Part shown: positions 1 to 10,448 of the stretch, piece by piece
How positions within the stretch are numbered: position 1 is the first letter of the stretch
Layout of the letters: the number at the start of each line of letters is the position of its first letter
From: an uncultured beta proteobacterium
GTDB lineage: Bacteria > Pseudomonadota > Gammaproteobacteria > Burkholderiales > Burkholderiaceae_F
Direction of reading: 5' to 3'
Assembly (NCBI GenBank): GCA_963703945.1
Contig: CAVPGM010000045.1
Location: forward strand, 50,851 to 114,850
Length of the DNA stretch: 64,000 bases
Position numbers and translations under genes: made by a program
The notes under the pieces: model-generated
Databases searched by the model: none
The model's input: the letters and a program-made list of their open reading frames with translations, nothing else
What the model was told of the DNA's origin: nothing

Positions 1-1300
1 CCGCAGTCGCTCTGGCAACTGGCGGTGATTGCGGCCGGCCTTATCGGTGGCTGGTTGATCGCGCGGACGGTCCGCCGTCGCATCCGCGCCCGCGCCGACG
101 CGGAAGCCCAGGACAGCGGTCTGCGTGCCGATGTGCTGCGCTTCTCGATCGACGGCATGCGCCGGCTGGCATTTCCGATCAGCGCCCTGCTGATCATGCT
201 GGCCGGAGCGATGGCATTGCGCGCAGGCGGCCTGGTTCACCGCTTCGCTGACGTCCAATTGCTGCGGCTGGCGCTGACGCTGGTGGCGGCGATGGCCGTG
301 ATCCGGCTGATGGTCTACGTCTTGCGGCGTTCGCTGCCACGCGCGACCTGGCTCGGGACGTTCGAACGATGGATCGCGCTGGTGATGTGGCTCGCCGTGG
401 CGCTCTATCTGACCGGCGTGCTGAACGACGTCGTCGACACGCTCGAATCGATGCGTCTGCCGGTAGGACGCTCGCAGATCAGCGTGTGGGACCTGCTGAT
501 CGCCGCAGCCTCAGTGCTGGCCACGGTGCTGGCCGCGCTGTGGATTGGCTCGTCTCTGGAATCGAGGCTGATGCGGGCGGAGTCGCTGACCGCCAATTCG
601 CGTGTCGTGCTGACGCGGGTGATCAAGGCATTGCTGCTGGTGGTCGCCGTGATGGTGGCGCTCTCGCTGGTCGGGATCGACCTGACCGTGCTGTCAGTGT
701 TCGGCGGTGCACTCGGCGTCGGCCTTGGCCTGGGCCTGCAACGAGATCGCCAGCAACTATGTCAGCGGATTCATCATCCTGCTGGATCGCAGCCTGTCAA
801 TCGGCGACATGATCACCGCCGACAAGTACTACGGTCGCGTCACGCAGATCAACACGCGCTATACGGTGATCAAGGCGCTCGACGGCACCGAGACGATCCT
901 GCCGAACGAAATGCTGGTGTCGACGCCGGTCATCAACCATTCGTACACCGACCGGACGGTGCGGGTGGTCGTCAAGGTAGCAATTGCCTACTCTGCGGAT
1001 CTCGACCACGCATTGCAGATTCTCGGCGAATGCGCACGCAATCAGCCGCGCGTGCTGGCGCAGCCGGAACCGGCCGCATTCGTGACGGGGCTTGCTGCCG
1101 ACGGCGTTGAGCTCGAGGTCGGCTTCTGGATCCGCGATCCCGAGGAAGGGACGCTGGCGGTGCGGTCGGACATCTCGCGCGAGGTCCTGCGTCGTTTCGC
1201 GGCTGAAAAGATCACCATTCCGTTTCCGCAGCGCGAGGTGCGACTGATGCCGCCAGACGCCGCCGAAGCGCTGCGCCCGACCGCCGGCAAAGCGCCTTGA
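1..1300 (+). pseudogene. MscS-family mechanosensitive ion channel; 5' end runs off the window; reading frame broken near 742
   Basis: Frame 1 (ORF 25..1110, open to the window edge) encodes a multi-TM N-terminus ending ...VFGGALGVGLGLGLQ. The conserved continuation EIASNYVSGFIILLDRSLSIGDMI...TVIKALDGTETILPNEMLVSTPVINHS is in frame 2 (ORF 707..1300). One extra base around 742 (ctgcaa-c-gagatc) separates them. Confidence 0.8.
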
Positions 1301-1329
1301 TCGGCCGCAAATCGCCCTGAACTTGGCCC

Positions 1330-1358
1330 TTGGGTGAGATCGGGTTGGCAGGTATAAT
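1330..1358 (+). promoter_or_regulatory. Candidate sigma70 promoter (TTGGGT-N17-TATAAT) upstream of the desaturase gene
   Basis: Perfect TATAAT at 1353..1358, TTGGGT at 1330..1335, 17-nt spacer, about 85 nt upstream of the ATG at 1445. Confidence 0.4.
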
Positions 1359-1444
1359 GCTGCACTGCGCAAAGCCGGTGGGCTGCTCCCGGATTGCCTG
1401 CGTGACGCACCCCGGCAGCCGGCCTTCACTAGGAATCCCTTTAC

Positions 1445-2644
1445 ATGTATCTGCTCGAATTTCTCGACGGTGGTCTGCTGCAACTGTCGTGGTGGCAACT
1501 GATCATCGCGGCGCTGCTGCTGACGCACGTCACGATCGCCGCCGTCACCATCTACCTGCACCGCAGCCAGGCGCATCGTGCGCTCGACCTGCATCCGGCC
1601 GTCGCCAACTTCTTCCGCGCCTGGCTGTGGCTGACCACCGGCATGCAGACCAAGGAGTGGGTGTCGATCCATCGCAAGCATCACGCCAAGTGCGAAACGA
1701 CCGAGGATCCGCACAGCCCGCAGACGCGCGGCATCAAGACGGTGCTGTGGACCGGTGCCGAGCTCTACAAGGCCGAGGCCGAGAACCAGGAAACGCTGTC
1801 GCGCTACGGCCACGGAACGCCGAACGACTGGGTAGAGCGCAATCTCTACTCCAAATACACCTGGGAGGGCGTCGGCCTGATGCTTGGCGCCGATCTGATC
1901 CTGTTCGGGGCAGCTGGGTTGGCGGTGTGGGCGGTGCAGATGATGTGGATCCCGTTTTTCGCCGCCGGCGTCATCAACGGCATCGGCCACTACTGGGGTT
2001 ACCGCAACTACGACGTACCGGATGCCAGCAACAATATCTCGCCTTGGGGCGTGCTGATCGGCGGCGAAGAGTTGCACAACAATCACCACACACACCCGAC
2101 CTCGGCCAAGTTCTCGCTGCGCTGGTTCGAGTTCGACCTGGGCTGGAACTACATCCGCGCGCTGCAGGCGGTCGGACTGGCCAAGGTACTGCGAGTGGCG
2201 CCGGTTCCCAAGGTGGCGGAGCCGAAGCGCTCGGTCGATTTCGAAACGCTGCAAGCCTTGATTGCCAATCGCTACGACCTGCTGGCGAAGTACGCGCGCA
2301 ACCTGAAACAAGCCTATCGGGACGAGATCGGCAGGCTGCACCTGCCGGCGGCCGAGCAGGCACGCTTTGCCAGCCTCAAGCGCTGGCTGCGCAAGGGCGA
2401 TGTGTCATCGCTGCCGACCGAGCAGCAACGGTCGCTGAGCGATCTGATGGCGCACAGCCGCGTGATGAAGACGCTGGTCGAAATGCGCTCCGAACTGGCG
2501 ACGACGTGGGAAAAGAACTCGGCGACCCGCGAGCAGATGCTGGTGCATCTGCAGGACTGGATCGCACGTGCCGAAGCGAGCCGCATCACTGCACTCGAAC
2601 AAGTCGCGCTGCGTATCCGCAGCTATCGGACCATGCCCGCGTAA
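1445..2644 (+). CDS. Membrane fatty-acid (acyl-lipid/acyl-CoA delta-9 type) desaturase
   Basis: 399-aa ORF. N-terminal TM segments and three His boxes (HRSQAH, HRKHH, HNNHH) in the order typical of membrane desaturases. Confidence 0.85.
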   Translation: MYLLEFLDGGLLQLSWWQLIIAALLLTHVTIAAVTIYLHRSQAHRALDLHPAVANFFRAWLWLTTGMQTKEWVSIHRKHHAKCETTEDPHSPQTRGIKTVLWTGAELYKAEAENQETLSRYGHGTPNDWVERNLYSKYTWEGVGLMLGADLILFGAAGLAVWAVQMMWIPFFAAGVINGIGHYWGYRNYDVPDASNNISPWGVLIGGEELHNNHHTHPTSAKFSLRWFEFDLGWNYIRALQAVGLAKVLRVAPVPKVAEPKRSVDFETLQALIANRYDLLAKYARNLKQAYRDEIGRLHLPAAEQARFASLKRWLRKGDVSSLPTEQQRSLSDLMAHSRVMKTLVEMRSELATTWEKNSATREQMLVHLQDWIARAEASRITALEQVALRIRSYRTMPA

Positions 2645-2666
2645 CCGTCGCGGCCGCGAAGGCCTG

Positions 2667-2697
2667 AAAAAAAGCCCGGACACGTCCGGGCTTTTTT
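2667..2697. terminator. Bidirectional rho-independent terminator between the desaturase (+) and rpmG (-)
   Basis: A-run, then GCCCGGA-CACG-TCCGGGC hairpin, then T-run (aaaaaaagcccggacacgtccgggctttttt). It can terminate both convergent transcripts. Confidence 0.85.
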
Positions 2698-2712
2698 GTT
2701 GCATCGAAACGG

Positions 2713-2880
2713 CTACTTCAGCTTCGTTTCCTTGTAGGAGACGTGCTTGCGCGCCACCGGGTCGAACTTCATCATCTGCAGCTTCTCAGGTGTCGTCTTC
2801 TTGTTCTTGGATGTCGTGTAGAAATGGCCGGTCCCGGCCGTGGATTCGAGCTTGATCTTTTCGCGTGCGCCCTTGGCCAT
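2713..2880 (-). CDS. rpmG: 50S ribosomal protein L33
   Basis: Not in the ORF track (55 aa). Manual translation of the minus strand gives [55 protein letters not shown]. It lies immediately downstream of rpmB. Confidence 0.92.
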   Translation of the reverse strand: MAKGAREKIKLESTAGTGHFYTTSKNKKTTPEKLQMMKFDPVARKHVSYKETKLK

Positions 2881-2923
2881 CGTGTTCTCCTGTCAGGTTC
2901 TTGCGCGCTCCGGAGCCTGCGCC

Positions 2924-3160
2924 CTAGGCGATCTCACCGCGGGCGCGCAGGTCGGCCAGCACGACGTCCAGCCCCTTCTTGTCGATTGTCCGCAGCGCCG
3001 CGTTGGTCAGGCGCAGGCGCACCCAGCGGTTTTCGCTCTCGACCCAGAAGCGGCGGTACTGCAAATTGGGCATGAAGCGGCGCTTGGTCCGGTTGTTGGC
3101 GTGGGAAACGTGGTTCCCCGTCATCGGTCGCTTGCCGGTCACTTGACACACACGTGCCAT
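2924..3160 (-). CDS. rpmB: 50S ribosomal protein L28
   Basis: 78-aa [37 protein letters not shown]..., a typical L28 in the rpmB-rpmG arrangement. Confidence 0.95.
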   Translation of the reverse strand: MARVCQVTGKRPMTGNHVSHANNRTKRRFMPNLQYRRFWVESENRWVRLRLTNAALRTIDKKGLDVVLADLRARGEIA

Positions 3161-3272
3161 TTTGATGCTCCTGACTCTGTGTTGTGCTCAGCTCTGCTCC
3201 GCCCGCAAGGCCAAGCGCAAAGCTGCGAATTATATGCACTTTTCGTCCAGCTTGCCACGTTCGCGAGGCCGC

Positions 3273-3947
3273 TCAGACGAGTCCGCGCTCGGCAAGCGAG
3301 ACCGTCTGGCTGCCCGCCACGATCAGGTGGTCGAGGACCTTGACGTCGACTAGCGCCAGCGACTGCTTGAGGCTCGCGGTCAGCAGTTCGTCGCTGCGGC
3401 TCGGCTCGGCGACGCCCGACGGGTGGTTGTGAGCGAAGATCACGGCGGCCGCATTGATCGACAGCGCCCGCTTGACGACTTCGCGTGGATACACGCTGGT
3501 CTGTGTCAGCGTGCCGCGGAACAGTTCCTCGGCAACCAGCAGCCGGTTCTGCGAATCGAGGAACAACGCCAGGAACACCTCGTGCGGCAGATTCCCGAGC
3601 GTCATGCGCAGATAGTCGCGTACCTTCCCGGGCGAAGTCAGTACGGCGTCGCGCCTGACGTCTTCGCGGATCGATCGTCGCGCCAGCTCGAGCACCGCCT
3701 GCAATTGCGCCGACTTGGCCGGTCCCAGGCCCGCGAGTCGCCCCAGTTCTGCGGGCGTGGCGGCGAGCAGTCCGCTCAGACCTCCGAAACGGGCAAGCGC
3801 TTCGCGTCCGAGGTCCAGCGCACTGCGGCCGGCGGTTCCAGTGCGCAGGAACACCGCGATCAGCTCGGCGTCGGACAACACCTGTGGCCCATGCGCCAGC
3901 ATCCGCTCGCGCGGGCGCTCGCCCTCGGGCCAGTCCTTAATCGCCAC
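3273..3947 (-). CDS. radC: RadC-family JAB/MPN domain protein
   Basis: ORF 3273..3992. Motifs ERPRERML...[14 protein letters not shown] and HNHPSG. An internal GTG at 3947 gives about 224 aa and removes the overlap with fkpB; the start is uncertain. Confidence 0.85.
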   Translation of the reverse strand: MAIKDWPEGERPRERMLAHGPQVLSDAELIAVFLRTGTAGRSALDLGREALARFGGLSGLLAATPAELGRLAGLGPAKSAQLQAVLELARRSIREDVRRDAVLTSPGKVRDYLRMTLGNLPHEVFLALFLDSQNRLLVAEELFRGTLTQTSVYPREVVKRALSINAAAVIFAHNHPSGVAEPSRSDELLTASLKQSLALVDVKVLDHLIVAGSQTVSLAERGLV

Positions 3948-3976
3948 GCGGGCTGCCTCGACTAGAATCTTCGACC

Positions 3977-4435
3977 ATGCCCGACTCTCCACTCATTGCG
4001 CCGGGTGCGCACGTCACGCTGCATTATCGTATCGCCGTCATGATCGAAGGCACCGAGCGCGAGGTGATGACGACCTTCGACGCGCGTCCGGCGACGCTGA
4101 CGATCGGTGCTGGCGAACTGCCAGACACGCTGGAGGCGCGCCTGCTGGGGCTCGGCGCGGGCGCGCGGGAGGTGTTCGAGCTGGAGGCCGGCGAAGGCTA
4201 TGGCGCACGCAATCCACAGCTTGTGCAGAGTCTGTCGCGCTCGACATTCGAGACGTACGCCGATCGGGGCGTCGATTACGCGCCGGGTGACGTGGTCGAG
4301 ATCGCCGGTCCTGCGGGCCGGCGTCTGGCGGGTGTGCTGAAGGAGCGCGACGCGGAACGCGTGGTGATCGACTTCAATCATCCGTTGGCCGGGCGACCGC
4401 TGCGCTTTGCGGTCCACGTGGTCGGAGTGCTGTGA
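3977..4435 (+). CDS. fkpB: FKBP-type peptidyl-prolyl cis-trans isomerase (SlpA/FkpB type)
   Basis: 152-aa ORF with an FKBP core and insert domain (...[18 protein letters not shown]...). It lies directly upstream of ispH, as in E. coli. Confidence 0.8.
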   Translation: MPDSPLIAPGAHVTLHYRIAVMIEGTEREVMTTFDARPATLTIGAGELPDTLEARLLGLGAGAREVFELEAGEGYGARNPQLVQSLSRSTFETYADRGVDYAPGDVVEIAGPAGRRLAGVLKERDAERVVIDFNHPLAGRPLRFAVHVVGVL

Positions 4436-4437
4436 CG

Positions 4438-5373
4438 ATGGATGTGCTGCTGGCCCAGCCGCGCGGGTTCTGCGCCGGGGTGGATCGTGCGATCGAGATC
4501 GTCGAACGTGCATTGACCTTGCACGGAGCGCCGATCTACGTTCGCCACGAAATCGTTCACAACACTTACGTGGTCGACGATCTGCGCCGCAAGGGGGCGG
4601 TCTTCGTCAATGAACTGGACGAAGTGCCGACCGGCGGCACGGTGGTCTTCTCGGCGCACGGCGTATCGAAAGCGGTGCAGGCGGCGGCGGCGCGTCGCGG
4701 CCTGCAGGTCTTCGACGCCACCTGTCCGCTTGTCACCAAGGTACACGTGGAAGTGGCGAAGATGCACGCCGTCGGTCACGAAATCGTGATGATCGGCCAT
4801 GAAGGACATCCGGAAGTCGAAGGCACCATGGGGCAACTGCTGTCCGGCATGCATCTCGTGCAAACCGTCGAGGACGTCGCCCGATTGCAGGTGCGCAATC
4901 CCGAGCGGGTCGCCTACGTCACTCAGACGACACTGTCGCTGGATGATGCCGGCGCCGTGATCGACGCTCTGCGGCGCCGTTTTCCGCACATCGCTGAGCC
5001 GAAGAAGGCCGACATCTGCTACGCGACCCAGAACCGGCAGGATGCCGTCAAGTTCATGGCGCCACAGGTCGACATCGTGATCGTGGTCGGCAGCCCGAAA
5101 AGCTCGAACTCGAACCGGCTGCGCGAGGTGGCCGAGCGCTTTGGCGTTCCGGCGTACCTGGTCGACACGGCTGCGCAACTGGACCCGGCGTGGTTTGCTG
5201 GACGGCGCAGGATTGGCGTAACGGCCGGTGCGTCGGCACCGGAAGTTCTGGTCCAGGAACTGATCGCGGCGCTGAAGGCGATCGGCGCCGGCAGTGTCAG
5301 CGTGCTCGACGGTGTGAAGGAAGACGTCGTGTTCCCGATGCCCAAGGGCCTGGGTCGCATAGCCGCCGCCTGA
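4438..5373 (+). CDS. ispH: 4-hydroxy-3-methylbut-2-enyl diphosphate reductase
   Basis: ORF 4432..5373. [23 protein letters not shown]... is conserved along the full IspH/LytB length. The ATG at 4438 is preferred over the GTG at 4432. Confidence 0.95.
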   Translation: MDVLLAQPRGFCAGVDRAIEIVERALTLHGAPIYVRHEIVHNTYVVDDLRRKGAVFVNELDEVPTGGTVVFSAHGVSKAVQAAAARRGLQVFDATCPLVTKVHVEVAKMHAVGHEIVMIGHEGHPEVEGTMGQLLSGMHLVQTVEDVARLQVRNPERVAYVTQTTLSLDDAGAVIDALRRRFPHIAEPKKADICYATQNRQDAVKFMAPQVDIVIVVGSPKSSNSNRLREVAERFGVPAYLVDTAAQLDPAWFAGRRRIGVTAGASAPEVLVQELIAALKAIGAGSVSVLDGVKEDVVFPMPKGLGRIAAA

Positions 5374-5403
5374 ATCCGCATGGAGAATCACAAGGAGACA
5401 CCG

Positions 5404-5985
5404 ATGAAGAACTGGCTCGGAATCGTGACAGCCGTAGTCCTGCTGGTCGCATGCCCCGTTGCGCAGGCACAACCGGTCGAGATGGAAGGGCAGAAGTTCG
5501 AACCGACGGTGCAGGTTGGCGGGCAGACCCTTACCCTGAACGGCGTCGGACTGCGCAAGCGGGCGATCTTCAAGGTGTATGTCAACGGCCTGTACGTGCC
5601 GCAGAAGAGCGGCGACGCAGCGACGATCATCAACGAGAAGGGCGCGCGCCGGGCTTCGTTGCACATGCTGCGCGATGTTGATGCCGACAGTTTCGTCAGC
5701 GCCTTCACCGATGGTTTGCGCAACAACCTCAGCGAAGCCCAGCTGGCGGCGCTCAAGCCGCAGATCGAAACCTTCACCGGTACGCTCAAGTCGATCGGCG
5801 AGGCCAAGAAGGGCGATGTGATCAATTTCGATTACACGCCGGACGCAGGCACGCGCATCACGGTCAACGGCCAGCCGCGCGGAACGCCGATCGCGGGTGC
5901 GGATTTCTATTCTGCCGTGATGCGCGTCTGGCTCGGAGACAAGCCGGTCGATGACGGTCTCAAGAAGGGCCTGCTCGGAGGTTGA
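5404..5985 (+). CDS. Secreted chalcone-isomerase-like family protein
   Basis: ORF 5380..5985. AGGAG lies 7 nt before the ATG at 5404. Signal peptide MKNWLGIVTAVVLLVACPVAQA. The LRKRAIFKVYVNGLYV pattern is typical of bacterial chalcone-isomerase-like proteins. Confidence 0.65.
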   Translation: MKNWLGIVTAVVLLVACPVAQAQPVEMEGQKFEPTVQVGGQTLTLNGVGLRKRAIFKVYVNGLYVPQKSGDAATIINEKGARRASLHMLRDVDADSFVSAFTDGLRNNLSEAQLAALKPQIETFTGTLKSIGEAKKGDVINFDYTPDAGTRITVNGQPRGTPIAGADFYSAVMRVWLGDKPVDDGLKKGLLGG

Positions 5986-5986
5986 G

Positions 5987-6490
5987 ATGACAGCGCATGT
6001 GGAGCATCAGCACCGCCGGGTGCACGCGGTAGTCGCCGCACCCTTCGGGGCTGTCGAAGTCGAAACCGACGGCGCGCAGGTCACGGCACTGCGCTTCGTT
6101 CGGTCGGCGCCGCCGATGTCTGCCGCTAACGAGCTGGCCGCGGCCGCCGTCGAACAGTTGCAGTGCTATTTCGCAGACCCGTCATTTCGATTCAGTCTGC
6201 CATTGGCGGTACGTGGAACAGCCTTCCAGTGCCGGGTGTGGGACGCCATTGCGGCGATTCCCGCGGGCGAAACGCGTCGGTACGGCGACCTCGCCAGTGC
6301 ACTCGATGCTCCGGCTAGGGCGGTCGGCCAGGCCTGCGGCGACAATCGGTTGCCCATCGTCATCCCATGCCATCGAGTGATTGGGACTGGCGGGCTCGGC
6401 GGATTCGCGCACAGCACGAACGGCCATGCGATCACGGTCAAGCGGTGGCTGCTGGAACACGAGGGCGCGCTGATCGGGACGCTGCTCTAG
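5987..6490 (+). CDS. ogt: Methylated-DNA--protein-cysteine methyltransferase
   Basis: Active-site motif IPCHRVIG and a DNA-binding wing (RRYGDLASAL). The ATG at 5987 follows the upstream stop. Confidence 0.85.
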   Translation: MTAHVEHQHRRVHAVVAAPFGAVEVETDGAQVTALRFVRSAPPMSAANELAAAAVEQLQCYFADPSFRFSLPLAVRGTAFQCRVWDAIAAIPAGETRRYGDLASALDAPARAVGQACGDNRLPIVIPCHRVIGTGGLGGFAHSTNGHAITVKRWLLEHEGALIGTLL

Positions 6491-6496
6491 CGCGGC

Positions 6497-7378
6497 ATGG
6501 ACCCGCTGATCGACGGGTTCCTGGACGCACTCTGGCTGGAAGACGGACTGTCGCGCAACACGCTGGCGGCCTACCGTCGCGACCTGGCTGGATTGTCGCG
6601 CTGGCTGGCAGTGCGTGATGTCGAGCTGGTCGCGGCGAGCGAGGTCAATCTCGCCGGCTATTTCGCCGAAGAGCACGCGACGACGCGCGCAACGACCGCC
6701 AATCGCAGGCTGGCGGTCCTGCGCCGCTTCTTTCGCTGGGCCTTGCGCGAACGGCTGGTGGCGGTCGATCCGACCGTGCGACTGCGCGGAGCACGTCGGG
6801 CCCCGCGCTTCCCGAAGTCGCTCAATGAGGCGCAGGTCGAGGCGTTGCTGCGAGCGCCCGATGCGGATACGGCGCTCGGCCTGCGCGACCGGGCGATGCT
6901 CGAATTGCTCTATGCAACCGGCCTGCGCGTGTCCGAACTGGTGGGTCTGAAGCTCGGCGAGCTGTCACTGTCGGAAGGGCTGGTACGGATCGTCGGCAAG
7001 GGCGCCAAGGAGCGCATCGTTCCGCTCGGAGAAGAGGCGCGTGTCTGGATCGAGCGCTATCTCGCCCGGGCGCGCGCGGCGCTGCTGGCGGGGCGTACAT
7101 CCGACTCGGTGTTTGTCACGCAGCGTGGGGCAGGCATGACGCGCCAGATGTTCTGGATCCTCGTCAAGCGCTATGCCGGGCGTGCGGCGATTTCTGCGCC
7201 GCTGTCCCCGCACGGCTTGCGGCACGCCTTCGCGACGCACCTGCTCAACCACGGAGCGGATCTGCGTGTCGTGCAAATGCTGCTGGGCCATGCCGACATT
7301 TCGACGACGCAGATCTACACGCATGTTGCGCGCGCGCGCCTGCACGCATTGCACGCCCAGCACCATCCGCGCGGCTAG
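6497..7378 (+). CDS. xerD: Site-specific tyrosine recombinase XerD
   Basis: 293 aa. An N-terminal SAM-like domain is followed by the catalytic region ...HGLRHAFATHLLNHGADLRVVQMLLGHADISTTQIYTHV. The context is housekeeping. Confidence 0.9.
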   Translation: MDPLIDGFLDALWLEDGLSRNTLAAYRRDLAGLSRWLAVRDVELVAASEVNLAGYFAEEHATTRATTANRRLAVLRRFFRWALRERLVAVDPTVRLRGARRAPRFPKSLNEAQVEALLRAPDADTALGLRDRAMLELLYATGLRVSELVGLKLGELSLSEGLVRIVGKGAKERIVPLGEEARVWIERYLARARAALLAGRTSDSVFVTQRGAGMTRQMFWILVKRYAGRAAISAPLSPHGLRHAFATHLLNHGADLRVVQMLLGHADISTTQIYTHVARARLHALHAQHHPRG

Positions 7379-7415
7379 CTAGCGTGTACCGGTGTCGCGC
7401 TTAGACTCGATTCCG

Positions 7416-7919
7416 ATGGCGAAATCGCAGTCGAAGCTGCCACACGTCTCGGAAACGCCGGCGACGCGGTTTTTGCGCGCGCATGCCGTCCCTTTCGTCG
7501 GGCACCCCTACGACTATGTGGAGCACGGCGGCACCGCGGTGTCTGCGCGCAGCCTTGGAGTCGACGAGCATTCGGTGGTGAAGACACTGGTCATGCAGGA
7601 CGAAACCGACCAACCACTGGTGGTCCTGATGCACGGTGACTGCTCGGTGTCGACCAAGAATCTCGCCCGCCAGACCGGGCGCAAGCGGATCGATCCCTGT
7701 AGTCCCGATGTCGCGCAGCGCCACTCCGGCTATCTGGTCGGGGGCACGTCGCCGTTTGCGATGCGCAAAGCGATGCCGGTGTTCGTCGAACGCAGCGTGC
7801 TCGCACTGCCGCGCATCTACATCAACGGCGGCCGCCGCGGATTTCTGGTCGGGATCGATCCGGGTGTACTGACTCAGTGGCTGGCGGCGGTGCCGGTCGA
7901 CTGCGCGCTGAAGGAGTGA
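7416..7919 (+). CDS. ybaK: YbaK/EbsC-type Cys-tRNA(Pro)/aminoacyl-tRNA deacylase
   Basis: ORF 7392..7919. YbaK-like pattern (...VKTLVMQD...PLVVLMHGD...SGYLVGGTSPF...). ATG 7416 or GTG 7392 could be the start. Confidence 0.75.
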   Translation: MAKSQSKLPHVSETPATRFLRAHAVPFVGHPYDYVEHGGTAVSARSLGVDEHSVVKTLVMQDETDQPLVVLMHGDCSVSTKNLARQTGRKRIDPCSPDVAQRHSGYLVGGTSPFAMRKAMPVFVERSVLALPRIYINGGRRGFLVGIDPGVLTQWLAAVPVDCALKE

Positions 7920-7922
7920 GCC

Positions 7923-8564
7923 ATGCCGATGCTATGGACGCTGGGTGCGGTGGTGGCCGCCTACTTGATCGGTTCCCTGTCGTTCGCCGTCGTGGTGAGC
8001 CGTGCGATGGGACTTGCCGATCCGCGCACGTATGGCTCCAAGAATCCCGGCGCCACCAACGTCCTGCGCTCGGGCAACCGGCCAGCGGCCGTGTTGACGC
8101 TGATCGGTGATGCTCTGAAGGGCTGGGCCGCGGTGTGGGCGGTGCAGCGCTTCGGTGGCTCGGTCGGCATCGGCGAATGGGGTGTCGCGCTGGTGGGCGT
8201 AGCCGTTTTCCTTGGGCATCTGTATCCGATCTTCTTCGGCTTCAAGGGCGGGAAAGGCGTGGCAACGGCGGCCGGGGTCATTGTGGCGTTCAATCCCTGG
8301 CTGGGCCTGGCGACCGGGGTCACTTGGCTCATCGTCGCGTTCTTCTTCCGGTATTCGTCGCTGGCATCGCTGGTCGCCGCGGTGTTCGCGGCGTTTTACT
8401 CGGCGTTCGGATGGGGATTCGACGACAAGTTTCTCGCCATCGGTGTCATTGCCGGCTTTGTTGTGTATCGCCATCGCGCCAACATCGCTCATTTGGTGGC
8501 CGGCACCGAGCGCCGTATCGGTGACGCGAAGGGAAAACCCGGTCCAATCCAGAATCGCGGCTAA
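7923..8564 (+). CDS. plsY: Glycerol-3-phosphate acyltransferase PlsY
   Basis: 213 aa, multi-TM. Motifs [12 protein letters not shown] and [12 protein letters not shown]. Confidence 0.92.
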   Translation: MPMLWTLGAVVAAYLIGSLSFAVVVSRAMGLADPRTYGSKNPGATNVLRSGNRPAAVLTLIGDALKGWAAVWAVQRFGGSVGIGEWGVALVGVAVFLGHLYPIFFGFKGGKGVATAAGVIVAFNPWLGLATGVTWLIVAFFFRYSSLASLVAAVFAAFYSAFGWGFDDKFLAIGVIAGFVVYRHRANIAHLVAGTERRIGDAKGKPGPIQNRG

Positions 8565-9583
8565 GCGACCGCTTCGGCCAGCGACCACCGCGGATGGACC
8601 GCGAAGGCGTACGAACCATGATCGCGAGCCATGGCGCGGCGCAGGCGAGCCAATCCGGCCAGCGCGATCATCGCCCCGTTGTCGGTGCACAGGGACAGCG
8701 GCGGGAAATACACCCGGGTGCCGTCGCGCTCCGCGTCGGACAGCAGGCGCTGTCTCAGTTGAGCATTGGCGCCGACTCCGCCGGCGACCACCAAGCGCTG
8801 CAGGCCGGTCATCTCCAGTGCGCCGTGTGCCTTGCTCGCGAGCACGTCGACCATCGCCTCGACGAACGCGCGGGCGATATCCGCTCGGCCCTGCTCACAC
8901 AGGTTGCCCTGCCGGCGTACCGCAGTCAGCACCGCCGTTTTGAGCCCACTGAAGCTGAAATCGAGCGTGCCGCTCGACAGCATCGGCCGCGGCAGCCGAA
9001 TGGCGTCGGCGGCGCCGAACTCGGCGAGCCGAGAAACCGCGGGCCCGCCCGGATAACCGAGCCCGAGCAGTTGCGCCGTCTTGTCGAACGCTTCGCCGGC
9101 TGCATCGTCTAGCGTTTCGCCGAGCAGTTCGTAGCGCCCCCAGTCGTCGACGCGCAGTAATTGGGTATGTCCGCCGGACACCAGCAACGCAACAAACGGA
9201 AACGGCGGCGCGGGTTCGGCGAGCAACGGGGACAGCAGATGGCCCTCGAGGTGGTGTACGCCGAAGACGGGCCGCCGCAACGCGTAGCCGATCGCATGCG
9301 CGATGCTGGCGCCGACCAGCAGTGCGCCGGCCAGCCCTGGGCCGGCGGTTACCGCGATCGCATCGATGTCGGCGGGCTGCCGCGCGGATCTTTCGAGCAC
9401 ATCATCCAGCAGCGGCAGAACGCGCCGTACGTGGTCGCGCGAGGCCAGTTCGGGCACCACGCCGCCATAGGCCGCATGCATTTCGGTCTGGGAGTGCAGG
9501 GCGTGGCCCAGCAGGCCGGATTCGCTGTCGAGCAGCGCCAGACCCGTCTCGTCACAGGAGGTCTCTATCCCGAGGATCAGCAT
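8561..9583 (-). CDS. tsaD: tRNA N6-adenosine threonylcarbamoyltransferase TsaD
   Basis: ORF 8561..9862. The conserved protein begins [14 protein letters not shown] at 9583; the upstream 93 codons look non-coding. It is divergent from rpsU, as in many Proteobacteria. Confidence 0.92.
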   Translation of the reverse strand: MLILGIETSCDETGLALLDSESGLLGHALHSQTEMHAAYGGVVPELASRDHVRRVLPLLDDVLERSARQPADIDAIAVTAGPGLAGALLVGASIAHAIGYALRRPVFGVHHLEGHLLSPLLAEPAPPFPFVALLVSGGHTQLLRVDDWGRYELLGETLDDAAGEAFDKTAQLLGLGYPGGPAVSRLAEFGAADAIRLPRPMLSSGTLDFSFSGLKTAVLTAVRRQGNLCEQGRADIARAFVEAMVDVLASKAHGALEMTGLQRLVVAGGVGANAQLRQRLLSDAERDGTRVYFPPLSLCTDNGAMIALAGLARLRRAMARDHGSYAFAVHPRWSLAEAVA

Positions 9584-9615
9584 CCGGCCAGTGTACGAGA
9601 CGCTAAGCCGTTGAC

Positions 9616-9644
9616 TTGTCTGCGGAAACGCGTTCTGGCATAAT
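9616..9644 (+). promoter_or_regulatory. Candidate sigma70 promoter for the rpsU operon (TTGTCT-N17-CATAAT)
   Basis: Hexamers at 9616..9621 and 9639..9644 in the tsaD/rpsU divergent intergenic region. Confidence 0.35.
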
Positions 9645-9694
9645 TTTCCGTTCTTCGCCGCTGGCCCAAGAGATAGCCAAGATAGCCGAAACCC

Positions 9695-9907
9695 ATGCCT
9701 ACGATTCGCGTGAAAGAAAACGAGCCGTTCGAAGTCGCCCTGCGCCGCTTCAAGCGCACAATTGAAAAAAGCGGGCTGCTCACCGAACTGCGCGCACGCG
9801 AGTTCTACGAAAAACCCACCGCCGAGCGCAAGCGCAAGAAGTCGGCGGCGATCAAGCGGCACTTCAAGCGGTTGCGCAGCCAGATGCTGCCGAAGAAGAT
9901 GTACTGA
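9695..9907 (+). CDS. rpsU: 30S ribosomal protein S21
   Basis: 70 aa, [42 protein letters not shown]... Confidence 0.95.
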   Translation: MPTIRVKENEPFEVALRRFKRTIEKSGLLTELRAREFYEKPTAERKRKKSAAIKRHFKRLRSQMLPKKMY

Positions 9908-9929
9908 TCCGTCCGACGATTGCTGTTAC

Positions 9930-9960
9930 AAAGCGCGCCTCCGGGCGCGCTTTGTCTTTC
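9930..9960 (+). terminator. Rho-independent terminator/attenuator after rpsU
   Basis: AAAGCGCGCC-TCCG-GGCGCGCTTT hairpin followed by a T-rich tail (gtctttc). Confidence 0.7.
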
Positions 9961-9971
9961 CGGAGCTTCCG

Positions 9972-10427
9972 ATGGCCGCATCCGTCGCACTCAAAGACCG
10001 CATCACCGAAGACATGAAGGCAGCCATGCGCGCGCGCGACGCCGGGCGCCTTTCGGCAATCCGCCTGCTGCAGGCCGCTGTCAAGCAGAAAGAGGTCGAC
10101 GAGCGCATCGTGGCCGATGATGCTGAAGTCCTCGCGATCGTCGAGAAGCTGATCAAGCAGCGTCGGGACTCGATCGAGCAGTTCGCGAAGGCCGGCCGCA
10201 CCGATCTGGTCGACAAGGAAAAGGCGGAACTCGAACTGCTGTCCGGGTACCTTCCGCAGCAGCTGTCGGATGCCGAGCTGCAGGCCGCTGTCGACGCCGC
10301 GGTGGCCGAGTCCGGCGCCACTGGAGCGCAGGCGATGGGCAAGGTGATGGCGCTGCTCAAACCGCGCCTCGCCGGTCGAGCCGACATGGGCAAGGCTTCA
10401 GCACTCGTGAAGCAGCGCCTGTCGTAG
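9972..10427 (+). CDS. GatB/YqeY domain-containing protein
   Basis: The conserved part of ORF 9762..10427 starts MAASVALKDRITEDMKAAMRARD.... Its position between rpsU and dnaG is typical. Confidence 0.85.
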   Translation: MAASVALKDRITEDMKAAMRARDAGRLSAIRLLQAAVKQKEVDERIVADDAEVLAIVEKLIKQRRDSIEQFAKAGRTDLVDKEKAELELLSGYLPQQLSDAELQAAVDAAVAESGATGAQAMGKVMALLKPRLAGRADMGKASALVKQRLS

Positions 10428-10448
10428 CGCGGCCCATCAGGGCGGCCC

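Noticed and set aside
6497-7378. XerD as the integrase of a mobile element linked to the tRNA-Ile repeat
   Set aside because: It lies 8 kb from the repeat and is embedded in housekeeping genes (ogt, ybaK, plsY). Its length and motifs are those of chromosomal XerD, and there are no flanking repeats or cargo genes.
9665-9690. Short tandem repeat AGATAGCC-A-AGATAGCC in the rpsU leader
   Set aside because: There are only two 8-nt copies. That is too short to separate from chance, and I know of no motif it matches.
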